Shown here piece by piece: positions 20,444-27,823 of a stretch of DNA of 64,000 nucleotides. The stretch spans positions 480,001 through 544,000 of the forward strand of contig CAWETW010000001.1 in the NCBI GenBank assembly GCA_963812155.1, read 5' to 3'. The position numbers were made by a program, and so were the translations under genes. A model generated the notes under the pieces. The model did not search any database. It was not told where the DNA came from and worked only from the letters and a program-made list of their open reading frames with translations. The DNA comes from Vulcanimicrobiota bacterium. Lineage in GTDB: Bacteria > Vulcanimicrobiota > Vulcanimicrobiia > Vulcanimicrobiales > Vulcanimicrobiaceae. Position 1 is the stretch's first letter; each line of letters opens with the position of its first letter.

Positions 20444-20977
20444 TTGCCGTCGTTGAACCTCAAGCGGTCTGGGCGCGTTAGCGGATGTTTGCAGGGCCGC
20501 CTTGCGGGGTATTTTTTTATCCAAAGAGCTACACAAAAGTCCCTTGGAGCAACGACGATTTCAGTGGCCTACTTTGAGGAGCTCCTTGAAGCCCTTAACC
20601 CCGGAGGCTCAGTAGATTCAACGGCCGACTTACTCGGGGTTGACAGCGGAGTGCTAGTGTTTTGGCCCTTCGCCCTTCCAGATTCTGTCCTTGACAAAAT
20701 GGCGGAGCAGTTGAACGTGCCCATCAATCAAGTACGCGCGGAGTACGTCGCTTTCGTAAAGGACAGGCGCGAACTTTATGCTTGCGTTTATTCGAGGGCG
20801 CTATTGGAGCTAGACGGTATCGAGCCGCCTAGCTCTACATCGAAAGAGATACAGGCCATTCGGTCACGGATTGCAGGGTGGCATGCGACAAGCCACGGCG
20901 ATCGATCAGTTAAGGTGGAAGCCGACCCTAAGTCGTCAGCAGCCGTTGTCCGGCAGTTTTTCGGCCTTCCTACCTGA
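20444..20977 (+). pseudogene. Lower-GC hypothetical ORF, probably a 5'-degraded remnant
   Basis: 177-aa ORF with AT-richer codon use; in-frame stops just upstream; no recognisable motif. Confidence 0.35.
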
Positions 20978-21116
20978 TCGCCCACATGCTCGCGTGGGTC
21001 TCAGCGCTTAGCTGAACTCAATCGCGCGCATGGCATCCGCGCTGCGTTATTTGAGGCCTCAAATCCCTCACCTTAGGTGCCTCAAGAGTGCCATTGACTG
21101 CGCCTAGCTCTCCAGA

Positions 21117-21152
21117 GAAAAAGAAAACGGGCCCACGTCAAAGCGAGCCCGC
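21117..21152 (-). terminator. Intrinsic terminator of the 21189-22289 gene
   Basis: Minus strand GCGGGCTCGC-TTTGAC-GTGGGCCCGT followed by TTTCTTTTT. Confidence 0.8.
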
Positions 21153-21188
21153 AATTCCATTTGATCCCCTGGTCGGATGTGACGAAGC

Positions 21189-22289
21189 TTAGTCGCCGTC
21201 GAAGGGACTATTGCTGCTGACGGCCGAGCCTACCGGAGACACGTAGGGTGCCGGATAGTTGAGCGTCGGCAGGCCGCCCGCCGGATAGGCGAAGCGATTG
21301 GCATTCTCAATATCCGCGTCCGGTCCAACCAGACCCGATCCCTTGATGAAGGCCTGAACGATGTCGCACTTATCGGACGACGTGCAAGCCGTAACCGTCG
21401 AGCCCATCACGTGACCGCGTGCATCGACCTGGTAGAACCTCGGAGCAGAGTACGTTGTTTGGTCGCCGACGTTCATCGCCTTCGTTTTCGCCGACCACTG
21501 AACCGTGCCCGGAAATTCGACTGATGCGCCGCGGATGCCAACGTTGAAGAATAGGCCGCCGCTATACTTGTCGTATTGAAAGATGTTTGACGAATCAAAA
21601 CCGTCGAAGTACAAAACCCCCGACGTGCCCCTGTAGCCGAGGAAGAGTACTCTGTTCATGTTCGGCACCAGGACCGGATGGCTCAGCGACGAGCCGTTCC
21701 AGAACGAGAGACTGCCAGGGCCGCTGGTGGTGTCGGCGACGTTCGAGATCGCAACGGTGCCCGAGACAGGATCCTGGGCGCATGCGACCGGGCGCTGACC
21801 CGGATCAGCGATCGTCTGGACGTACGCTCCACTATGGTTGTACTCATCCAGCGTCGACATATCAGCGTTCGCGAAGATCACGTCGCCGTTGGCGAGCGCG
21901 CATCCGCCCTGAACTAAAGCGAAGCCTTCCGGTGGCGGTGCGACTTGACCGAACGGCTCGCCCGAGCTGTAGTCGAACATGTAGATCGCACCGTCACCGT
22001 TCGAGCCGCCAAATTCGTCGCTTATGAAAAGCGTTTTCCTATGCGCGCAGCAGTTGGGCTTCACGATGTGCTCGTCCTTGATGGTCCGATGCAGGTTCGG
22101 TTTGACGCCGGGCGGAGTCAGCAGCGACTGAGAGGTATCCACTTTGCGATTGCCGCCCATCGTCTGACGAACGGAGTTGGTTCCCCCGCTAGGGGCAGTG
22201 AGCTGCGACGCGCCGCCGGTACAGCCGGTGAGAACAGCAACGGCCGCGGATATGCCAATGAGGTGCTTGATCGAGTTGGAGATCTCCAT
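21189..22289 (-). CDS. Secreted beta-propeller-like lipoprotein
   Basis: Lipobox LTGC; LFISD, CAQDPVSGTVAISN, FPGTVQW, PVGSAVS; resembles 16779-17863. Confidence 0.75.
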   Translation of the reverse strand: MEISNSIKHLIGISAAVAVLTGCTGGASQLTAPSGGTNSVRQTMGGNRKVDTSQSLLTPPGVKPNLHRTIKDEHIVKPNCCAHRKTLFISDEFGGSNGDGAIYMFDYSSGEPFGQVAPPPEGFALVQGGCALANGDVIFANADMSTLDEYNHSGAYVQTIADPGQRPVACAQDPVSGTVAISNVADTTSGPGSLSFWNGSSLSHPVLVPNMNRVLFLGYRGTSGVLYFDGFDSSNIFQYDKYSGGLFFNVGIRGASVEFPGTVQWSAKTKAMNVGDQTTYSAPRFYQVDARGHVMGSTVTACTSSDKCDIVQAFIKGSGLVGPDADIENANRFAYPAGGLPTLNYPAPYVSPVGSAVSSNSPFDGD

Positions 22290-22701
22290 CGATGAACTCT
22301 CCTTTCTCGCGAAAAGGTGACGAGTCTCGTTCGTTTTTCAAGAGGAGGCAAGGCGACCCTCCTCTACAGGTGGATACCTTCACTGCTCTTTCAGTGCTAA
22401 CGGGTGTTCCATAATTGTTGTGAATGGCGGTCCTGAAGATCGCGCGCACCGTTTTATTGCGCGAATCTCGAGCACTATAAGCACGAATGCGATCGCGATG
22501 ATTGGGAAGCGGTAGTGGCCGACGAATTCAACCGGCGCAGCCGTGACTGGTAAGGCCAACAAACCGACAATCGCTACTTAGATTCCGCGAGAAACCCGAT
22601 CAGCAATCGCCTTCTTCAAATTCTCGTACCGTCTCCCATGTTTCGCGTCACACCTCCGTCGCACAAATTGGTGACTTCGAGCTTAGAATGAGCACGAATT
22701 C

Positions 22702-22729
22702 TGGAGCGGGCGGCGGGAATCGAATCCGC
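22702..22729 (-). repeat. Duplicated 3' end of tRNA-Gly (att-like site)
   Basis: TGGAGCGGGCGGCGGGAATCGAAtCCGC matches 24232-24259 at 27/28. Confidence 0.9.
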
Positions 22730-22903
22730 CCGTGCGAGATTTTTGCCTACAGGTCACGGTCCGTCGCAAAGGGTTGCGGGCCGTCGCGGACGGTTAAAAA
22801 CCCCGGTGAAATAAGACGTTTCGAATCGGTGTCCGGACGTGTCGGGCCGGTCGTCGCTAGTCGCCCTTCGTTGCCCAGGGTTGCCATGGATATTATGGGC
22901 GAA

Positions 22904-23052
22904 GGCAGGTCACGCTGACTTAGCTCCTAGGGATTCGACCTCGTGGGATAGATAGGCGGCCTGCCAGTGGCGTCTATAGAGATCGGACGGTATCGTGAGC
23001 GGCGCTATCGCGTATCAGCTCGAATGCACAAGGTCGATCCGAGATAGATGCC
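22904..23052 (+). ncRNA. Putative IS110 bridge RNA (target-binding and donor-binding loops)
   Basis: Stems 22904-22915/22956-22965, 22969-22977/23044-23052, 22981-22986/23034-23039; loop ACGGTATC equals 24037-24044; loop GTGGGATAG complementary to 24044-24052. Confidence 0.8.
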
Positions 23053-23070
23053 GGCGTTGGAGGCGAGACA

Positions 23071-24027
23071 ATGACGTCATTCGTCGGGATCGACATCTCA
23101 AAAGAAACGTTTCACACATCGCTTCTCACCGACCGCGTTGAGGCAAAGAAGGCCTTTCCGAACTCGCCGAAGGGCTTCGCGCAGTTGCTGGCATGGTTGA
23201 GCAACCGTCGCATCGGTGATTCACACGTCTGCATGGAAGCGACCGGCGCCTATTGGGAACCGTTAGCGCTGTATCTTCACGAGCGTGGAATTCTCGTCAG
23301 TGTCATGAATCCGGCTCGCATCAAAGCCTTTGCTCAAAGCGAGCTGCTACGAACCAAAACGGATGCCGTCGACGCCGCCCTCATAGCGCGCTTCTGCAAG
23401 AGTCAGACGCCGGATCCGTGGATCCCACCACCGCCAGAAATCCGCATTTTACAGGCTCTTATGCGTCACTACGAGCACCTTAAGACCACTCGGGTGCAGC
23501 AATCCGTCTACGAGCAATCAACTGACGCAGCGGTTGTCAAGGCCTCGATCCGCGAGGTGATCGCGACGCTCGATGCGCAGATCGCGCAGGTCGAGCGCGA
23601 AATCCGCCAGCACTTCGATGACCATCCTGACCTGAAGCGTAAGCGAGATCTGCTGACGTCGGTTCCGGGAATCGGCGAAACAACCGCCGGTACTCTGTTG
23701 TCCGAGATTCCTCACTTGGATCGCTTTGAACCCGCCAAGGCGGTCGCCGCGTATGCCGGCTTGTCACCACGGCAGCGGTGTTCTGGCACGTCCATTCACG
23801 GCAAACCGCGCCTTTGCAAGACCGGGAACTCGCGCCTTCGCAAGGCGCTCTACATGCCGGCGATCGTTGCGCTTCGCTTCAATCCTCTGCTTCGAATCTT
23901 CGCGGAGCGCCTAGCCGCAGTTGGCAAACACAAGCGCCTGATCATCGGAGCCGTCATGCGCAAGCTGCTCGTCATGGCCTACGGGATTCTGCGGTCCGGG
24001 AAGCGTTTCGACGCCAATTACGCTTGA
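23071..24027 (+). CDS. IS110 DEDD recombinase/transposase, intact 318 aa
   Basis: VGIDISK, CMEATG, KTDAVDA, SVPGIG, AYAGLSP...SGTS, GNSRLRKALY, AVMRKL; GGAGG SD. Confidence 0.95.
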   Translation: MTSFVGIDISKETFHTSLLTDRVEAKKAFPNSPKGFAQLLAWLSNRRIGDSHVCMEATGAYWEPLALYLHERGILVSVMNPARIKAFAQSELLRTKTDAVDAALIARFCKSQTPDPWIPPPPEIRILQALMRHYEHLKTTRVQQSVYEQSTDAAVVKASIREVIATLDAQIAQVEREIRQHFDDHPDLKRKRDLLTSVPGIGETTAGTLLSEIPHLDRFEPAKAVAAYAGLSPRQRCSGTSIHGKPRLCKTGNSRLRKALYMPAIVALRFNPLLRIFAERLAAVGKHKRLIIGAVMRKLLVMAYGILRSGKRFDANYA

Positions 24028-24063
24028 CGCCCGAATACGGTATCTATCCCGCAATGCTGCGGA

Positions 24064-24227
24064 GCCGCGGCATTTCTTGTATTTCTTGCCGCCCCCGTAG
24101 AGCACGGGGGCGCTACCGACTTACTTTGGAAGGTATTTAATCGAATCACCAGCGCGAGCCTGGCGTAATCGATTTCCGTCAGCCCATCCGTCACCCAAAT
24201 CGGGCTATCGGACGGAAATAAGCACAA
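24064..24227 (-). pseudogene. Remnant of SEC-C motif protein 3' end
   Basis: PC..GGGKKYKKCRG resembles CPCGSGKKYKKCCG, across a frame change. Confidence 0.5.
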
Positions 24228-24231
24228 ACGT

Positions 24232-24305
24232 TGGAGCGGGCGGCGGGAATCGAACCCGCGACTCTTGCTTGGAAGGCAAGGGCATTACCACTATGCAACG
24301 CCCGC
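24232..24305 (-). tRNA. tRNA-Gly(TCC)
   Basis: GCGGGCG/CGCCCGC acceptor, CTTGC-CTTCCAA-GCAAG anticodon arm, U73, encoded CCA; 74 nt. Confidence 0.97.
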
Positions 24306-24313
24306 GGCGAACG

Positions 24314-24401
24314 TGGTGGGCAGGGCTGGATTCGAACCAGCGTAGCGCTTTCGCGCGCCAAGTTTACAGCCTGGTGCCATTAACCGCTCGGCCACCTACC
24401 C
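24314..24401 (-). tRNA. tRNA-Tyr(GTA)
   Basis: GGGTAGG/CCTGCCC acceptor, CCAGG-CTGTAAA-CTTGG, long variable arm, A73, CCA. Confidence 0.97.
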
Positions 24402-24558
24402 AACAAATCGGCAGACCAGGGTACGATGCGACACGTTCGGAGTCCTCGGGCGCAAAGGGAGCGGGCGAGCTCTCACGCCGTCTTTCATCTTGGACTAACT
24501 TTTTTCGATTACCATCCGGGTAGCAGCTGCCGGTCGCCTGCGGCGAGGAGAAGGAGGA

Positions 24559-25329
24559 ATGGTCCGATCCCGAGTCTTCGCAATCGCGGCGGCCTGCGCT
24601 TTGGCGCTCGCCGGCTGCGGCGACGGCGCGTATTCCGGTCTTGCCGGGTCGGCCGGGGTCGAAACGGTCGGTGACGCAGCCGCGATCGTGGCGCACCGCC
24701 CCACGGGCTCCCAGTATGCCGCCACGGCGATCGATGCGGTCGATACGTTCGGCGCGGCGCTGGGCGGCGTCGTGGCTCTCGAAAACCTTCAGCGCGGCGG
24801 CGGACACGGCGCCGTCTTCTGCCGGACATTTGCCGGATTCGGCGGTGAGTGGGTCCCGGCGCTCGACATGACGCTTGGATGGCAGGGCGCCACCAGCGGC
24901 ATCGCTGCTCCCCTTCGCCGGCCCGGCGCACCGCTTGCCGTGAACGCGATTGCCGCCGGCACCGCTTTCGTGGGACCGGACGGCTCGATCGAACCGCTCG
25001 ACGCGTGGTCGCGCGCGCAGTGCCCGAGCGCGACGCCGACCTTCGCCATCATCGGCAAGGCGCTGGTCATGCCGTTCAAGATTCCGTTCCGCATTGGCTA
25101 CCGCAATGGCCGCCTGTCGAGCGTCAGTGTCTCGCATGCAACCTTTGGAGAGTATTCGATCGCGCTCACGACCATGCACGTCGCGCGGACGCTACGCATC
25201 GAGGGCGTGATCGATGACGGCCACACGAGAATCGCCGATCTGCGTACCGACGCGCTCGGCAGCGGAAATCTCACCATCACCTCGACCGGCGCGCAATACC
25301 GGCTCGTCGGGTGGGCGGTCGTCGGCTAG
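24559..25329 (+). CDS. Hypothetical lipoprotein
   Basis: AAGGAGG SD; lipobox LAGC. Confidence 0.7.
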   Translation: MVRSRVFAIAAACALALAGCGDGAYSGLAGSAGVETVGDAAAIVAHRPTGSQYAATAIDAVDTFGAALGGVVALENLQRGGGHGAVFCRTFAGFGGEWVPALDMTLGWQGATSGIAAPLRRPGAPLAVNAIAAGTAFVGPDGSIEPLDAWSRAQCPSATPTFAIIGKALVMPFKIPFRIGYRNGRLSSVSVSHATFGEYSIALTTMHVARTLRIEGVIDDGHTRIADLRTDALGSGNLTITSTGAQYRLVGWAVVG

Positions 25330-25397
25330 CGCCTTCAAGGGCTGCGCAACGCCGCGTTGAAAGCACAGCGGTCGCGCCGCTGACGGCGCACGGTCGC

Positions 25398-25479
25398 GCC
25401 GACGTGGCCGAGCGGTTGAAGGCACGTGATTTGTAATCACGTCCGAAAGGCATCGCCGGTTCGAATCCGGCCGTCGGCT
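25398..25479 (+). tRNA. tRNA-Thr(TGT) with a 13-nt variable arm; CCA not encoded
   Basis: GCCGACG/CGTCGGC acceptor, CGTGA-TTTGTAA-TCACG, variable TCCGAAAGGCATC, GCCGG-TTCGAAT-CCGGC. Confidence 0.88.
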
Positions 25480-25505
25480 TACACACCACCTGCTTCCGGA
25501 AACGC

Positions 25506-25841
25506 ATGCAAGACGTCTCACCCAAATGGCTCGCCAAAGGACTCGTTCTGGTTTGCGAGCGTTGCTTCAAAGAACGCATCCCCGAAGAAGATCCGGACGT
25601 TGCCGCGCGCATCGGCGACTTCCATCTGCGCGACTGGCTGAAAGACCGACTCAAAGCCGACCAGCAGTGGGGAGCAATACGCGCCATCAATACGAGCTGT
25701 CTCGACGTCTGCGGCCGCGGTCGCGTCACCGTCGCCATTGAGCCAGAAGACGGCGAAACGCGCGTCTTCGTGCTCGATCCCATTGCCGACAAAGACGCGC
25801 TGTACGAAACGATTATAGACTTACTTCAAGCGAAGCCTTGA
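25506..25841 (+). CDS. Thioredoxin-like [2Fe-2S] ferredoxin-type protein
   Basis: VLVCERC ... TSCLDVC...RVTVAI. Confidence 0.6.
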   Translation: MQDVSPKWLAKGLVLVCERCFKERIPEEDPDVAARIGDFHLRDWLKDRLKADQQWGAIRAINTSCLDVCGRGRVTVAIEPEDGETRVFVLDPIADKDALYETIIDLLQAKP

Positions 25842-25846
25842 GCGGC

Positions 25847-26494
25847 CTACTGGAATTCGAACTCGGCGAGATTCTTTTCGATCTTCCGCTTTACGCGCTG
25901 CAACGCGTTGTCGATCGATTTCACGTGGCGGCCGAGGTCGCGCGCCATCTCCTGGTAGCTCTTGCCTTCGAGATACGACTCGAGCACTTGCGATTCGAGC
26001 TCCGAGAGATTCTGGCGAATCCGCTGACGGATGTCGTCGGAAACTTCCTGCGTGACGACCAGTTCCTCGGGATCCGAGGTCTTCTGCGACGCCATGACGT
26101 CGAGCAGCGTCCGCTCGCTGTCCTCATCGTAAATCGGTTTGTTCAGCGAGATGTACTGGTTGAGCGGAATGTGCTTCTGACGAGTCGCCGTCTTGATCGC
26201 CGTGATGATCTGACGCGTGATGCACAGCTCGGCGAACGCGCGGAAGCTCGAAAGCTTGTCGGCCTTGAAGTCGCGCACGGCCTTATAGAGTCCGATCATC
26301 CCCTCTTGGATGATGTCCTCGCGATCGGCGCCGATAAGAAAGTAGCTCTTGGCCTTAATGCGGACGAAATTCTTGTACTTGTTGAGGAGGTATTCCATCG
26401 CCAGGTTGTCGCCCGTCTTGGCGATGGCTACGAGGTCTTCGTCGACCCGTTCGTGATACTCCAGACCATCCGTCGCGGGATGGGTCATTGCCAT
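25847..26494 (-). CDS. sigH: RNA polymerase sigma factor SigH
   Basis: YFLIGADREDIIQEGMIGLYKAVRDF, ITAIKTATRQKHIPLN, KSIDNALQRVKRK. Confidence 0.95.
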   Translation of the reverse strand: MAMTHPATDGLEYHERVDEDLVAIAKTGDNLAMEYLLNKYKNFVRIKAKSYFLIGADREDIIQEGMIGLYKAVRDFKADKLSSFRAFAELCITRQIITAIKTATRQKHIPLNQYISLNKPIYDEDSERTLLDVMASQKTSDPEELVVTQEVSDDIRQRIRQNLSELESQVLESYLEGKSYQEMARDLGRHVKSIDNALQRVKRKIEKNLAEFEFQ

Positions 26495-26569
26495 AGTCGC
26501 TGTCTGCCTTTGTGGGTCCGTGTGTCGCATGCGCAGGCCGGGGCCCATCGGGCGCGACACATCCACCTG

Positions 26570-26599
26570 AGTATAGGAAGGACGCCCCTCCACCGTCAA
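26570..26599 (-). promoter_or_regulatory. Sigma70-type promoter for sigH
   Basis: TTGACG-18 nt-TATACT on minus strand. Confidence 0.65.
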
Positions 26600-26604
26600 G
26601 GACG

Positions 26605-26645
26605 TCCTTCGACTGCGGCGCTTCGCGCCTCCGCTCAGGATGACA
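26605..26645 (+). repeat. REP-like palindromic repeat, copy A
   Basis: TCCTTCGACTGCGGCGCTTCGCGCCTCCGCTCAGGATGACA. Confidence 0.85.
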
Positions 26646-26660
26646 GCGGGGGCGGCCCCG

Positions 26661-27203
26661 CTAGCGGAGGGCGGTGATGCCCACGACGGCGCCGCCCAGG
26701 ATGAGCAGCGCCGGGTTGATCTTCGTGCGGACCGTCACGAAGAAGACGGCGAGCGCCACGGCGAGCGTCACGAAACCCCGGAGCATCCCGTCTTTGAAGT
26801 TGATCGAACTGTGCCCGAAGGTGAGCAAGCCGGCGACCGCTAGCCCGATCGCCACCGGCCCGAGGCCGCGCTGGATCGAGTCGCGCCACGGCCAGTTCGC
26901 CAAGCGCACCCACACTCGCCCCACCACGAACGTAAGGATGCCGGTCGGCAAAAAAAACGCCACTGCGGCTACCACGGCGCCCGGAATGCCCGCCGTAAGT
27001 ACGCCTAACGCGGCAACCATCATCATGTTGGGCCCGGGTGACATCTGACCGATGCTATAGACGTGGACGAGTTGCGGGTCGCTCACCCAATGATGGACGT
27101 TAACAACGAGCGTCTTCATCTCCGGATAGGCGGCCATGCCGCCGCCCACGGTCAACAGCGACAGGTAGGCGAAGACGCCGGCTAACGAAGAGAGCTGATC
27201 CAT
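26661..27203 (-). CDS. Short-chain chromate transporter (CHR) subunit
   Basis: LLTVGGG, GQMSPGPN, FFLP. Confidence 0.88.
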   Translation of the reverse strand: MDQLSSLAGVFAYLSLLTVGGGMAAYPEMKTLVVNVHHWVSDPQLVHVYSIGQMSPGPNMMMVAALGVLTAGIPGAVVAAVAFFLPTGILTFVVGRVWVRLANWPWRDSIQRGLGPVAIGLAVAGLLTFGHSSINFKDGMLRGFVTLAVALAVFFVTVRTKINPALLILGGAVVGITALR

Positions 27204-27823
27204 TGTTCCGACTCGGCTTCCATCTCTTTCGGCTTCTCCGGTGGGCGCGGCCGATAGGTGAAGATGGCGACGGCGCCGACCGCGAGCAGCACCGCGGGCA
27301 CCGAAAACTTAAAGTGGTTCACGCCAAGGACGGCTGCCAGAATGAAAAACGCGTCGTAGAAGCCCTTGACTGATTTCTTGCCGATCTGATACCACGTCGC
27401 CGCGATCAATCCAACCGCCGCGGCCGCCACACCCGCCAACGCCGCCGTTACTAGCTGCCGTGAAGTGCCGTGTTGGTCACCGTAGGCGACCCCAACGGCG
27501 GTCATGAAGACGAACGCCGGCAAACACATGCCGAGCAGCGCCGCGATGGATCCGCCCGTGCCACCCAGACGGTCGCCGGCAAGAATCGACATGTTGGTTG
27601 CGTTCAAACCCGGCAGCGTGTTGCTAATCGACATGAGCTCGAGAAACTCGACGTCGTCGAGCCACTTCTTCTTCGCCACCAGCGCGCCGCGCAGATATGC
27701 CACGACGCCGCCGCCGAAACTCGTGGCGCCGATCAGCAAAAACGTCAGGAAAATATCGAGGACCGCGATTTTGCGAGAGGGCGCCGGCGGCGCGATCGCC
27801 GCCGGAATCGCGCTCTCACTCAT
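27182..27823 (-). CDS. Short-chain chromate transporter (CHR) subunit
   Basis: IGATSFGGG, KKWLDDVEF, TLPG.N, CLPA. Confidence 0.88.
   Translation of the reverse strand: MSESAIPAAIAPPAPSRKIAVLDIFLTFLLIGATSFGGGVVAYLRGALVAKKKWLDDVEFLELMSISNTLPGLNATNMSILAGDRLGGTGGSIAALLGMCLPAFVFMTAVGVAYGDQHGTSRQLVTAALAGVAAAAVGLIAATWYQIGKKSVKGFYDAFFILAAVLGVNHFKFSVPAVLLAVGAVAIFTYRPRPPEKPKEMEAESEQWISSLR

Larger units (their letters stand above)
22891..24045 (+). mobile_element. IS110-family element (IS621-like); right end at core CT 24044-24045, left end uncertain
   Basis: DEDD recombinase, upstream structured non-coding region, TTGACG -35 box at 24024-24029, no terminal IRs seen. Confidence 0.85.

Noticed and set aside
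22380..22660. Small membrane protein gene
   Set aside because: Interrupted by stops with no recognisable family; at most a remnant
24430..24500. c-di-GMP-I riboswitch suggested by GGCGCAAAG
   Set aside because: No GGCAAA/GNRA P2 element or matching P1/P3 pairing visible
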